Below are positions 8,191 to 20,056 of a DNA stretch of 52,739 nt, piece after piece; positions within the stretch are counted from its first letter, which is position 1; each line of letters opens with the position of its first letter. This stretch comes from Schmidtea nova (Eukaryota). The translations under genes were made by a program, and so were the position numbers. The notes under the pieces were generated by a model. That model ran no database searches and was not told where the DNA came from. It worked only from the letters and a program-made list of their open reading frames with translations. Location: the NCBI GenBank assembly GCA_044892505.1, contig CM097882.1:320485786-320538524 (forward strand), in the 5' to 3' direction.

Positions 8191-11100
8191 ATGGAAAAGT
8201 ATTACTCTTATAAGTATAACGGTATCACCCACCTTTTATGCCCTAATTGTAATATTATTGATAACATACCATATATACAATTTTATGAAAAACACTGTAT
8301 TCATTTGAGTCAGTATATGACATCTAAAAAATCACTTTTTAATAAATTATATTCAACACATAACCAACAAACACTTAACCAACAAACAATAATTAATCAA
8401 CAAATACCAGACCAAGTACGAAATATTAACAAAGAGCTTGATAACAATCAAATAAATGAATTAATTAATATTAATAAACAATTAAATAATAACCTAAATA
8501 TTTTAATTAATAATTTAAATAATAATAAAAGAAAGATTTTTAATGAGGATTCAATTCCTTAAAAATATCAAATAATTGAAATAAGTGACGATGAAATCAA
8601 TGAAATCAATGACGATGAAATCATCGAAATCAGTGATGATGATGATCAAATAATTAATAATAATTTAATTAATCAAGTAGGATGCGGAAATGTCGAGGTT
8701 ATTTCCGACTTAAACGATTCCCACATAATTTTAAAAATGGATGTATCATCCTTAAACTTAAAAATTGTTGTTGTTCCAGATATTTTAATTAATAAATTAA
8801 ATTTAACAGTTTCGCAGATGAGTTCTGTAAAAATTCAGTTTTGTATAAAGATAGAATTTGAGAAAGATGACGAACTCCAATCTTTCGTAATCTCAAATTC
8901 TGCCAGAACTATGAGTGATACCTTCATTGATGAAGATATTGCTCTTTTAAACGAAAAAATTATTAAAATTAACGAAAAGGGTTCAAATTGGACGATACAT
9001 AAAATTGAATATATAAGTTTTTTATTTACAAAATATAGTGAAATTAGTCGCTTAAGTGGTCGTCGATTTCTCGCAACTCCTAAAACTTTACTTCGTAAAT
9101 ACTGCATTGTTAATATTGAAAATCAGGATGAGTTTTGCTTTCTTTATAGCATTTTGGCTTTTTTAAAATATGATAGTATTATTCCTGAGTTGAGACATAT
9201 TCCTTCCTCTTATAACCTTTCACAACTAAAGTATGATGCTGCTGATATGCCCATGAAACTTGGAAATATTTCTAAGTTTGAACGACAAAATCCAGGGTAT
9301 GCAATTAATGTTTTGTCGTATGATGAAACTGCGTTGATTGATATAAGTAATGCCGACTCTATAATGAAACATCCTTTTATAGATATAATTTATAAAAGTA
9401 AGGTTGTAGGAGGAACACCAATTAACTTACTGCTTTTAGATAATAATAAAAGTTTTCATTACACCGCCATAACTGATTTAAATCGATTCTTAAATTGCAG
9501 AAATGCATCAATAACTTCTGTCCGTATTTGCTGTCAATGGTGTCCTCGGTGTCTTAACGGTTTCCGAACTGATGATTGTTTTAATCGTCATCGTGGTCTT
9601 TGAGAAAATAATCAATTGGGTACAACTTTGTACACTTTGCCTAAAAACCCTTTGCTTGAATTTACTGATTGGAAGAAAACTGTCACTCCTCCCTTTGTCA
9701 TTTATGCCGATTTTGAGGCAATTTTACCGAAGGACACCAAATATTACCAAAAACATTTACCGATTGCCGCTGGCTTATTACTAATTAATAACTTCACCGG
9801 TGAAAAAATCTACAAATCATTTTTAGGGCTTGATTGTGTAAATCAATTTCTTCACGAAATTGAAGATATAAGTAAATATATTGTAAGTCCCTATTTTTAT
9901 AAAAATTACAATAAGAAAATGATATTCACTGGCGATGATCAAATAACTTTTAATAACAGCACAAACTGTCATTTGTGCAAGAAACTGTTAGTAGAACCAG
10001 TTAGAGATCACGACCATTTTTCAGGTCAATTTATTGGTGCAGCTTGCAAAAAGTGTAATCTTAGCAGGCAAATAAGACACACTGCCTGTTGTTTTTCATA
10101 ATTTGAGAGGGTATGATCTCCATCATATCCTCAAATTTGGCTTATCTCGGTATACATCTTGGAATATAAGCTGCATTCCAATTACTAGCGAGAAGTTTCT
10201 TTCACTTTTTGCTAATATTGATTCTTTGTCTGTGAAATTTATTGACTCTTGTCAATTTGTGTCTGAATCATTATAAGTCGCTGTAGCAACACTAACATCT
10301 TTGCCATTAACATCTTCAGAGTTCAGGGGAACTATAATTAACAGCAAGGGAATTTTTCCTTACGATGTTGCGACCTCTTTAGATGTTTTAAGGTCAACAT
10401 CAGAATTACCAACAATTTGGAAAGGTGTTGATGCAGAGGAATATGAGTTGGCTAAAGTAATATGGCGAGAAACATCATGTACTTGCCTTTTGGATTACAT
10501 GATGGTGTATCTAAAACTTGATGTGTTTTTACTGGCTGACTTTTTTCAGCAATTTCGGGCTAAGAGCATTGCCCATAACAAACTTGAGCCCCTTAATTTC
10601 TTGGGGATTCCCGGTATGAGTTGGAGTTCGGCTTTGATGACTCTTGAGAAACCGATTACATTATTGACCGACATGGAAATGTACAATTTCTTTGAAGGGG
10701 GAATTCGTGGGGGGCTTACTTTTGTTAACAAACATTATGTTAAAAGTAGTGCGGATACAGAGTTGTTGTATATCGATATCAACAACCTGTATGGATGGGC
10801 TTTATCACAAAAGCTACCCGAGGGTAATTTTCAATGGGTGACCGATGATAATTTATTAACTAATTTATTAATTGAATGCGCTACGGTAGATCTAAGTTTG
10901 CTTAGCTATGGTTATACCATAGAAGTAGATTTAGAAATACCGGCATCTATTCACGATAAATTGGATGATTTTCCAATTGCCGCTGAAAAGATGTGCGCTC
11001 CTTTTTCCAAAGTTAAGAAGCTGTTGCTAACGCACAACTGCAAAAAGAACTACGTTCTTCATTGGAGGCTTCTACAGATTTTTATTAATTTAGGTGCACT

Positions 11101-12138
11101 TGTAACAAAAATACATAGGGCAATTAAATACGACCAAAGCTATGTATTTAAAATTACATTGACACAAACACACAGTTAAGAGCAACATCAACAAGTAAAT
11201 TAGACAAAAATTACTACAAGTTGCTCAACAACAGTTTGTATGGAAAAACTGTTGAGAACTTGAAAAAACGCATTAATCTGCGACTCTGCAATTCAGCACA
11301 AAAACTAATCACATATGCCTCAAAACCGGCATTTAGAAAAACCACAAGGATAGACGACGATTTGATTTCGGTTTTGCTTAGGAAGGAATCAGTGTGTTTG
11401 GATAGACCTAGTTACATTGGGCAAACTGTACTAGATTTATCCAAACTGAGAATGTACGAGTTGCAGTACAATGAGTTACAAAAATATCGTAATGAATTGA
11501 ACTGTCAGATTAATATAGTTGCTGGAGACACTGATTCCTTCTTTTTGGAGATTAAAAATTGTAGTCTTGACATTCTTTTAGCTGCTATGATTAGAGACCA
11601 GTTGCTTGACACATCCAATTATGACCTTAATCATCCGTTATATAATAGGAACCTTGACTCTGTCATTGGCATGTTCAAAGACGAGAGAAAAGGACTATTA
11701 TATAAGGAGTGGGTGTTCCTGAGGCCTAAATGTTACAGTTTGTTGGGTGATGCAAGTAACATGAAGGCTAAAGGAGTTGATTTGAAAGATACTGGACTGA
11801 GTCATGAGTCGTATCTTGATTGTTATGTGAACAATAGGATTTACAAGGTACCGCAATTTAGAATATGCAGCAAAAATCATCAGTTATATAGCATTAAGAA
11901 CAACAAAAAAGCACTGACAAATATGGACGACAAAAGGTTTTGGGTAACAAAAAATAAAAGTTTAGCCTATGGCAATTTTCGGGTGGGTGATACCTTTATT
12001 GATGAACCAGATGACGATCCAGAACCTTTCAATCAGCCAATCTCTCCAGTTTTGTATCAAAATAATGAAGGAAATAATCCAGATAATCCAGATGATTCTA
12101 TTGATGATTTTAACAATGATCATGATTATTTTGCTTGA
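8191..12138 (+). pseudogene. polB: Protein-primed family B DNA polymerase with long N-terminal extension; five lesions
   Basis: ExoI YADFE, ExoII FHNLRGYD, motif A YIDINNLYG, motif B KLLNNSLYG, motif C AGDTDS, KAKGV, DDKR. Stops at 8560, 9601 and 10274; frameshifts near 10078 and 11152. ORF 8191 is in frame with ORF 8737. Confidence 0.95.
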
Positions 12139-12629
12139 TTTATTTTCACTCAATAGATTTGTTAATTTATTTGTTATCGTTTTTTAATTGTTTTTATTTG
12201 TAAAACTTTGTATTAGTTTTTGAAAGTTTTTANNNNNNNNNNNNNNNNNNNNNNNNNNNNNNNNNNNNNNNNNNNNNNNNNNNNNNNNNNNNNNNNNNNN
12301 NNNNNNNNNNNNNNNNNNNNNNNNNNNNNNNNNNNNNNNNNNNNNNNNNNNNNNNNNNNNNNNNNNNNNNNNNNNNNNNNNNNNNNNNNNNNNNNNNNNN
12401 NNNNNNNNNNNNNNNNNNNNNNNNNNNNNNNNNNNNNNNNNNNNNNNNNNNNNNNNNNNNNNNNNNNNNNNNNNNNNNNNNNNNNNNNNNNNNNNNNNNN
12501 NNNNNNNNCAATGGATACTGGCTTACACACGGAAGGGACTCACAACGGCGTACTGTTATCTGTCTTACGCACAAGAGACTTATGTGGATATCATAGTATT
12601 ATCTGGTTGACACACATACACACAAGAAT

Positions 12630-13263
12630 ATGACCATCATACTCATCTTCCAACTACCTTTTGTTTGATACATATATTACATAGTTTTAAACCTTGGACC
12701 CTTCGAGGGTCGACCACCCACCTTCGAGGGTTGACCATCATACTCAAATCTCAATTACCTTTTGTTTGATATATAACTTGTAATGTTTAAAAATATTTGA
12801 AGGATTTTGACCCCTTGAAGGTTGAGCACACACCATACACCTTCGAAGGTATGACCATTGTGTGCACATCGGTATTACCTTTCGAATGATATATTACACA
12901 CAAGGTTTGAAAAAAAGTTGAAGGTTTTGGACCCTTTGAAGGTTAAGGACCCTCCATAAACCCTCGAGGGTATGACCATTGTGTGCACCTCTCAAAGACC
13001 TTTCGAATGATACCCTTGTTTGAAGGTTTGACCTTATTTGACCTTTGGAAATTCAAATTTAAAATTTGAATTTGAAATGAGTCATCGATGACGTCATAAA
13101 ATTCAAATTTGAAATGAGTCATCGATGACGTCATCGATGAGTCATACCGATGAGTCATAGTGATGACGTCATCGACGAGACATATTTTTTACCCCCCTCC
13201 CCCGGGTTGGTGACGTCATTTCCTTTGTTCGGCGATGACTCATGCTCCACATAACTGCCTACT
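12630..13263. repeat. Polinton subterminal/terminal repeat region (probable right TIR)
   Basis: Recurrent GACCCTTCGAGGGT, CCTTCGAAGG and GGTATGACCATTGTGTGCAC units, then a TGACGTCA/TGAGTCA cluster ending ...GCCTACT. Confidence 0.75.
13078..13242. promoter_or_regulatory. Cluster of 4 CRE (TGACGTCA) and 5 AP-1 (TGA[G/C]TCA) sites
   Basis: CRE at 13089, 13126, 13164, 13211; AP-1 at 13078, 13115, 13138, 13151, 13236. Confidence 0.6.
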
Positions 13264-13301
13264 GTTCTGTGTGTTGTGTTCATTGATGTATTAAAACAAA
13301 T

Positions 13302-13771
13302 TGTTCTAGAAGGGATTTTCGATTCTTTCAAAATTAATTTTAATAATTTTAAGCAAAATTGAATTATTATTTTTGTATAAAGTTTTGATAAAACTTTAAA
13401 TAATTTATTTTTGATTCAAAATTTTATTTTTAAATCAAAGTTTTTTTCTAATTTAATTCAATTTGTCAAATTTACTCTAAAACAATTTTCTTTTATTTTT
13501 CCTGAGTTTTTAAGGGAAAATCGAAAATTTCCTCCAGAAAATATGTTAATTTTTCTTAATCTGTAATTTTATTTCATAATTGATGTTTTTATGTTACATG
13601 TGTCTTTCACGTGTATAATTGATGCGCCTTTGTTCAGTTTGATTTTTAACCCTTTCGCGGACAATGACGTGTATACACGTCATACTACTGCAAAAAAGTC
13701 ATACTACTAAAAAAGTGCGTCCGCGAAAGGGTTAAACGTGTTTTAACTTGTTGTTACTTTGATTTACTCAG
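13302..13771 (+). repeat. Dispersed repeat, copy 1 (paralog at 28613-28998); begins TG, possibly LTR-derived
   Basis: TGTTCTAGAAGG... aligns co-linearly with 28613 onward over about 390 bp once the MITE insertion is removed. Confidence 0.85.
13650..13731. mobile_element. 82 bp piggyBac-type miniature element
   Basis: TTAA at 13646 and 13732; 13 bp TIR CCCTTTCGCGGAC; internal palindrome ATGACGTGTATACACGTCAT; empty TTAA site in the paralog at 28943. Confidence 0.92.
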
Positions 13772-14454
13772 TGTTCTTCTCGATCATATTTTAAGTTTAC
13801 TCTACGTGCTGTATTATTGCGTTATTTAAACAAAATTCAATTTTTGTCCAACATTAATAATTTAATTATTAAATTAATGTCATTATTAAACTGAAGTCTG
13901 AGGCACTATAATACATTCAAAAATTAAAAAAAAATTTAAAAAACCTGTAATTTACATTATAATATTTTTTGAATTTTGAAGTATGAAATGTAATTTAATT
14001 TTTGTGACAGTACTGCGATAATATTGTATTTCTAGTCTCTTATATTGGTTTGAAAACGGGAGATTGATGAGAATTTAAATTTTGTATCGGAATAAAAATT
14101 TTCGTATGACTTCGAAAATTAATAGCTGTAGTGTTATTGCAACCGACAACATAACATAATGTAATCAATTGTGATGAAAATGCATAGAAATATTATTCGG
14201 TTTGTCCATGGCTGCATGAATTTATAATAATAAAATTTATGATTAAAATAAACATGTATCCATTTGTGTAGTAATAATAATTATAGTAATAGAATAATAT
14301 AGTAAAATTGGTTTACATCAAACACCCAAAATAAGAAAAATTTTATTTGAATAACACAATCATTGTGCGAATAAAATCAATTATCTATGAAAATTCCTAG
14401 AAAAAAATTATAATACATTAATAAAAGAATTCAAATTAAATTAATTCTAATATT

Positions 14455-15629
14455 TTAATAAGAGCTATCCATTTCGGCATCATGTATGTCGTCTGTGGTG
14501 TTGTTTTGTTTTAATCTACCTTCTTGTTCTACTATTTCAGCTTCATTTAGACCGATCTCTTGGTAGTCTTCCTCTAAAATCTTTAGATCGACTCTTGATT
14601 CACCAAATTCGGCTTCTTCCATTCCTTCAGTAATAAACCAATGAATGAATGCTCTTTTCCTAAAGAGAAGGTCGTATTTTTTACCTATTCTGGACCAAAT
14701 TTGTTTAATAGCAGTAGAATTGGATATCATTGTTACCCCTTTGTCTGAGGGTGCCATAAATGATTCTGGTGAAACAATTGGACACTGAACATTAATACCT
14801 ATCTTTAGTCCAGTCGGACACCATTCGACAAAATTTGTCATGGCCGATTTTTGTTTCACAACAGCATCAGAGACTTCTTTAGGATTAACTAACCCACGAT
14901 AATTCAGCATAATTGAAATAAATCTTCCTCGAGCTGTATCGCATTTCAAAGATTGATGAGTCTTTGAAAATACATCTTTAGTAATTTGTTCAATTGTAAA
15001 ATTAGAACTACTAGCTCTTGAAAAGGGTTGTAATGGAGCATGGCTTAATAAAGGGAAATGTATTCTTGGATATGGTACTACATTAGTACGAATATCTCTC
15101 AAAGAAGTATGAGAAGCAGTATTATAGCGTAAAGAACAAGTTACGGAACTCACCATTGACGCTATGACTCGATTTATATTTACGAAAGTTGGAATGTTAA
15201 TCAGTAGTAATTTGTTACATATTTCAAGCAAAGCTTCATTATCAAACAGAATACTTATGTCTACGGAATCTAGAGCAGCATGGTTATGTAGCACAGCGTT
15301 ATAGGGTTCAACAATTGCTGAACTCCAATGAGGACTAGTGAAAATCGGCATTTGCACTCGAAATTTCTTTGGATAGTCAAAAACTAATTGTTCCAACGCT
15401 AGTACACTGAGACCGGATCCCGTACCCCCGCCAGTACTGTTGAACAATAAGAAACTTTCCAAATTATTTGATTTCTCAACTATTTTTCGCAATTTAGCTC
15501 TAAATTCCTTGATAATCGTTGGTCCGCAAACGAAGCTGCCTCGAGCGAAATTGTTCGACGCATCTTCTTTCCCACTTATTAATTGATTGGGATGATAGAG
15601 GCCACGGTAAACTCCAGTAACAATTTCAT
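14455..15629 (-). CDS. Divergent alpha-tubulin, last coding exon
   Basis: GKEDASNNFARG, GGGTGSG, VEPYN, YPRIHFP, FVEWCPTG, KRAFIHW..EGMEE; ends in Tyr. Acceptor TTTCTAG at 15630, phase 1. Confidence 0.95.
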
Positions 15630-16601
15630 CTAGAAATTAAAAAACGAAATTGCATTGCTTTCAATATTTATGATTAAATAAAAATTTTTCTCATTTATAT
15701 GTAATAAATTCGAAGCGCCTATTTATATTGTGAGAATACAAGTAGCGATGCATTTAAACAGTCGCCTGATGCAACGGATGAAGCTGATGAAGGTGTCAGT
15801 TCAATGCCGACGGTTTTGATGTCAATACACAAATTAATTAAATTTTTTATTACACCTGTTTTCATACAATAAGAGTTTCTATAATATAAGTTAAAAATTA
15901 TAAGTAGTAAATGTAAATTGACGTGGGTGGTAAATTTTGACTTTCCATGAAAGAAAGGTTTTTATGTGATAGACAAGAAGAAAACATAAATAATAGTATT
16001 GAGATGGGTGTTTTTTGGCTCACAAAAGAATTACTCATCTCTGAAGGAATTAGTCATCATGGTAAGTCATTGATCTAATAGTAGTGAGTCAGGCTAAATA
16101 ATGTGCCATACTTTTCTGTATGACTCATGGTCTTTGTTCTACAGAGGTTCAAAGTGGTCATATAAAAAATTTCGATGAGTCATCAATATTGAAATGAAGC
16201 CTTATCAAAAAATTTTTAAAGTCGAAACCAAGCTATCTCTAGAGCAAGAATAAAGGTCCTACGAAAAGTATCGTTAGTGTTTTGGAATCAGGAAAGTATT
16301 CTAAGACTTTTATCGCAGAAAAACTTGTTCTTATGTCACTTCAAGTGACTAGAAATGTTATCTTTGTTATTTGTTATTGAGCTACTCGTTTTGGCACATT
16401 ATTTTATAAATTTTTGTCAGTTTAAACAAAGAACTTTTTAAAAAAATTCTAAGTGAGAACAAAGACTCCAATACACCAAGAAAAAACGATCTTATGAAAA
16501 TATATTTAGTTTTTTGGAATCAGGAAAAAGTTTCTGAGACTTATTTTAAATATATTTTTTTTCATAAAGTCAATCCTTTAACCGGAAATGGGCCTTGAAA
16601 G

Positions 16602-19600
16602 CAGGGCCGGCCCTAGACCATGCGGGGCCCAAGGCAGCAAACGATGCGGGGCCCATTTACAAGGCAAAAATTTATAATTCTACATATATTAAAATAATGG
16701 GAAATAAAAAATTAAATTACTTAAATTTTTACTCTATAACAGCGTTCATACATCAATAATTACAGTTTTATTCATTTAACTGACGATCATAAAACTAAAA
16801 AAAATGTACAAATTTAAAATTAAAATGTTTTGTTTTGGCATGCTAATTGACAGTTCACTGTTCCTAACATTATAAACTATATATATATATATATATACAC
16901 TATATAGCGTTGGTTTGGTTATATCTTCTATACTTCCACCTTGTTTTTACAATTAGGCCTACAAGCAAATCTTGCGAGCTTTGGCTGCTGCAAAATCTGA
17001 AATAAGTTCATTATAGTCAAGATCCTTAGCAACTTCATTCTCAATTGACAAAATAGCTAAGTTACTGAGCCGATCTTGAATCATTGTTGATCGCATATAG
17101 GTTTTAATAAGTTTTAGTTTCGAAAAGCTTCTTTCTCCTGAACTTACAGTGACAGGAATAGTTAGAAGTATTCGAAGTGCAATGTGTGTGTTAGGAAAGT
17201 CACTATAACGCTTGTTCACTAACAGAAACTGCAAAATCTTAACAGGATTGTTGTAGGTGGCTGCAGGAATTATGGAACTCAATGATTGCAACTCTTCAGC
17301 AAGCATTAAACCATCAATATCCTTACTTTCGCCGGCTGTGAGCTTTTTCTCTAGATTCATACTGTTATTGAGTAAATCAATTTTTTGTAATTGATGAAAT
17401 TTATAAAGAAATCCAAACGAGTTATGATGCATTCGTAGTTGTTCAAATCGACTGTCCATCGACACGATTGCAACATCAACAATCTGGTTAAAAAAATCTG
17501 CGCGAAATTTTTCTTGTGGATCTACAAATCCTTCATCTTCTCCTTCATATGTAAATTGTTTTTTTCTTTTTCGCACTCTCGTCTCTTTGAAAATAGGTTC
17601 AACTTCTAAGTCCGTAACAATTTCTTTTGCAATTGCTATTGCTGTTTCAAAACCGCCATCTCTGTAAGATTTCAACCATTTGCAAGTACGTTCCATGCTG
17701 TCAATTGCAGTTGCTAGATCAACAGAAATATTTTGTAATTCTTTGCTGATGTAATTAAACTGGAACAATATGTCATACCAAAAAGCAATTGAAACAATGA
17801 AATTGAAGTTCTTAAGTTGTTTGCACAATGACTCTGCTTCACTTCGAGCTTTTGAATCACTACTTTGATCTGCAACTTCGAAAAGTGCATCATAGATTTC
17901 GCCTGCTTGATATCGCACAGCCTTTACACTTTCCACACGGCTTTCCCATCTTGTTTCACAAACTGGTTTTACTGAAATATTTCGAACATACTTGGAAAAG
18001 ATAGCCCATCGCTTTGTTGAAGCAGAAAATAAAACATAGATTTGTTGAATTATACCAAAAAACGTCATTGCATCAGGACAAGTTTTTGCCATATCACATA
18101 GCAGCAAGTTGTAGCTGTGACAGGTACAAGGGATAAAAAATGCCCTAGGATTTAATTGTAAAATAGGAGCCTGTACTCCTTACTTATGCCCTTTCATGTT
18201 CGCACCGTTGTCGTATCCTTGACCGCGGATATCAGAAACATCTAAGCCCAATCTTGTCAGTTCCAATAGTAAGACATCAAGTATGTGTTGTCCAGTACTT
18301 TCTTCTACTTCTAGAAAACGAATGAAGTGCTCGTGAATTACTTCAGAAGACTCTCCTTCTGGGCTTACATAGCGAATTGTCAATGAGATCTGTTCTTGGT
18401 GACTTTGGTCGGGTGTGCAATCAAGTATTACTGAAAAGTATTTAGCAGATTTTACTCTTTCTATAATAATTTCCCTTACCTTATTTCCCATCAACGAAAT
18501 GAGCTCGTTTTGAATTCGCTTTCCCAAGTAGTGATCATGAATTTCATCAGTTTGTATTCTTCGTATATGTTCTTGCAAAACCGGATCAAATTTTGCCAGC
18601 AATTCAACGAGACCCAAAAAGTTTCCATTGTGTGCCATATGTAGTTTATCGACTGAACTACGAAAAGCCATGTTGTGCTCAGAAAGGAATTGGACGATAG
18701 CCATTAGACGTTGAAATACACTATGCCAACGAGCCTTTTCACTGTTTATTAATTTTTGGCTCTGTTTGTCAATTGTGCATCCTTTTGTCAGCCTATTTTC
18801 CAGCTCAAACCATTGCAAAGTAGATGTCATATGTCCCTTTGATTTCTCATGATCAGAGAGTCTAACACTTGCATTTTTCCAGTCACAAATCCCATCGGAT
18901 CCCAGAGCAGACAAAGTGTTGCCAAAAAGTTTGCAACAGAAACAAAACATTTTGTTGTTAGCTGCTGAATATATAAGCCATTTTCGGTTGACAACTTCTC
19001 CATTTTCTATATGTCGTTTGCAGTAGGTTGTTGAAAATTTCCTTCTACTGTTATCTGCTGGAAAATCTTTTTCTTCAATTTTTTTGGCCCCTTGCAAACA
19101 ATTATAGAACGAGTGTATGCATTCAAATGTTCTGGCCAAGTTGCTGGATCACTAAAATCATCACTTACATTTGTCAAATTAACCAACTCTTCTGTTTCTT
19201 CGTTTGCCGATGTCCGTGTCCCTGTAATCTTTGAAGAATCAACAATCCCAACATCAGAAGTATCGATACTAGACTCTGTCTCTATGTTATTTTCATAAGT
19301 TGCTGCATCTTTGTATTCTTCAGAAGTTGACGATGTTGACGAATTTTGATGTTGTTGTACAAGAAATTTATTGAGAGATTGGGTTAATGCCTTAATTTGG
19401 GTTTCTTGCGTTGCTTTTTGTTTTTTCTTTTCATTGTCACTTTTATATTTTCTGCCAAAATCGCGATCTCGTTTTGGTGGCATATCCCCTCAGGCCCTCA
19501 ACTAATTGTCGTACTGACTCGTACAGTTATATTATAATTAAATGTTTTCTGTATAACATTTTTTTTCAACATGTATATAATAAAAAATCAAGTTAATAAC

Positions 19601-20056
19601 GAAGTTATTATAATTAATTATTATATATTACATTTTAATGATGATCAATGGCAACAATTTAAATTGCATCGGTATTAAATTTAGATGACGCAATATAAAA
19701 CGTTCCAAAACGTTTAGACGACCAAAGAGTCACAAACTTAATTTGAGTGGCGACCTATTTTTTTCATTTATTTTTTTACTTTTCTTAATATTAATAGTAA
19801 TATTTCTAAATAAATGTCATAATAGTCAGTGTCAGATTGCAGATAGTTAACTTTAATTTATTAGTACGCTATTTTTCTAATTATTTTATCCTGAAAAAAT
19901 TAAATATAAAGTTGTCTTCATACTTTGTTATAATGTTATATAAAAGACAAGTATTACGCAATAGTATTAAAATTGTAAAATGTAGTAAAAAATGTTTAGT
20001 CAGAGCGCGGGGCCCAAGGCAGTCGCCTTATTCGCCTTGCCCTAAGGCCGGGCCTG
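16602..20056 (-). mobile_element. hAT DNA transposon, 3455 bp, full length
   Basis: Imperfect TIRs CAGGGCCGGCCCTAG / CAGGCCCGGCCTTAG; 8 bp TSD CTTGAAAG at 16594 and 20057. Confidence 0.96.
16959..19483 (-). pseudogene. hAT transposase (ZMYM1-like: TTF zinc finger, DUF4371-like core, dimerization domain)
   Basis: FCFCCKLF, ILDCTPD, GQGYDNGANM, CTCHSYNL, GERSFSKLKLIK. One frameshift in the A7 run at 19079-19085 and one TAA at 18180. Confidence 0.93.

Larger units (their letters stand above)
1..13263 (+). mobile_element. Polinton/Maverick (adintovirus-like) endogenous element, degenerating; left end not in window
   Basis: Co-oriented ATPase, integrase, penton, MCP, adenain protease and protein-primed PolB. 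Candidate right terminus ...ATAACTGCCTACT (reverse complement AGTAGG..., fitting the 5'-AG Polinton terminus), preceded by subterminal repeats. Confidence 0.95.
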
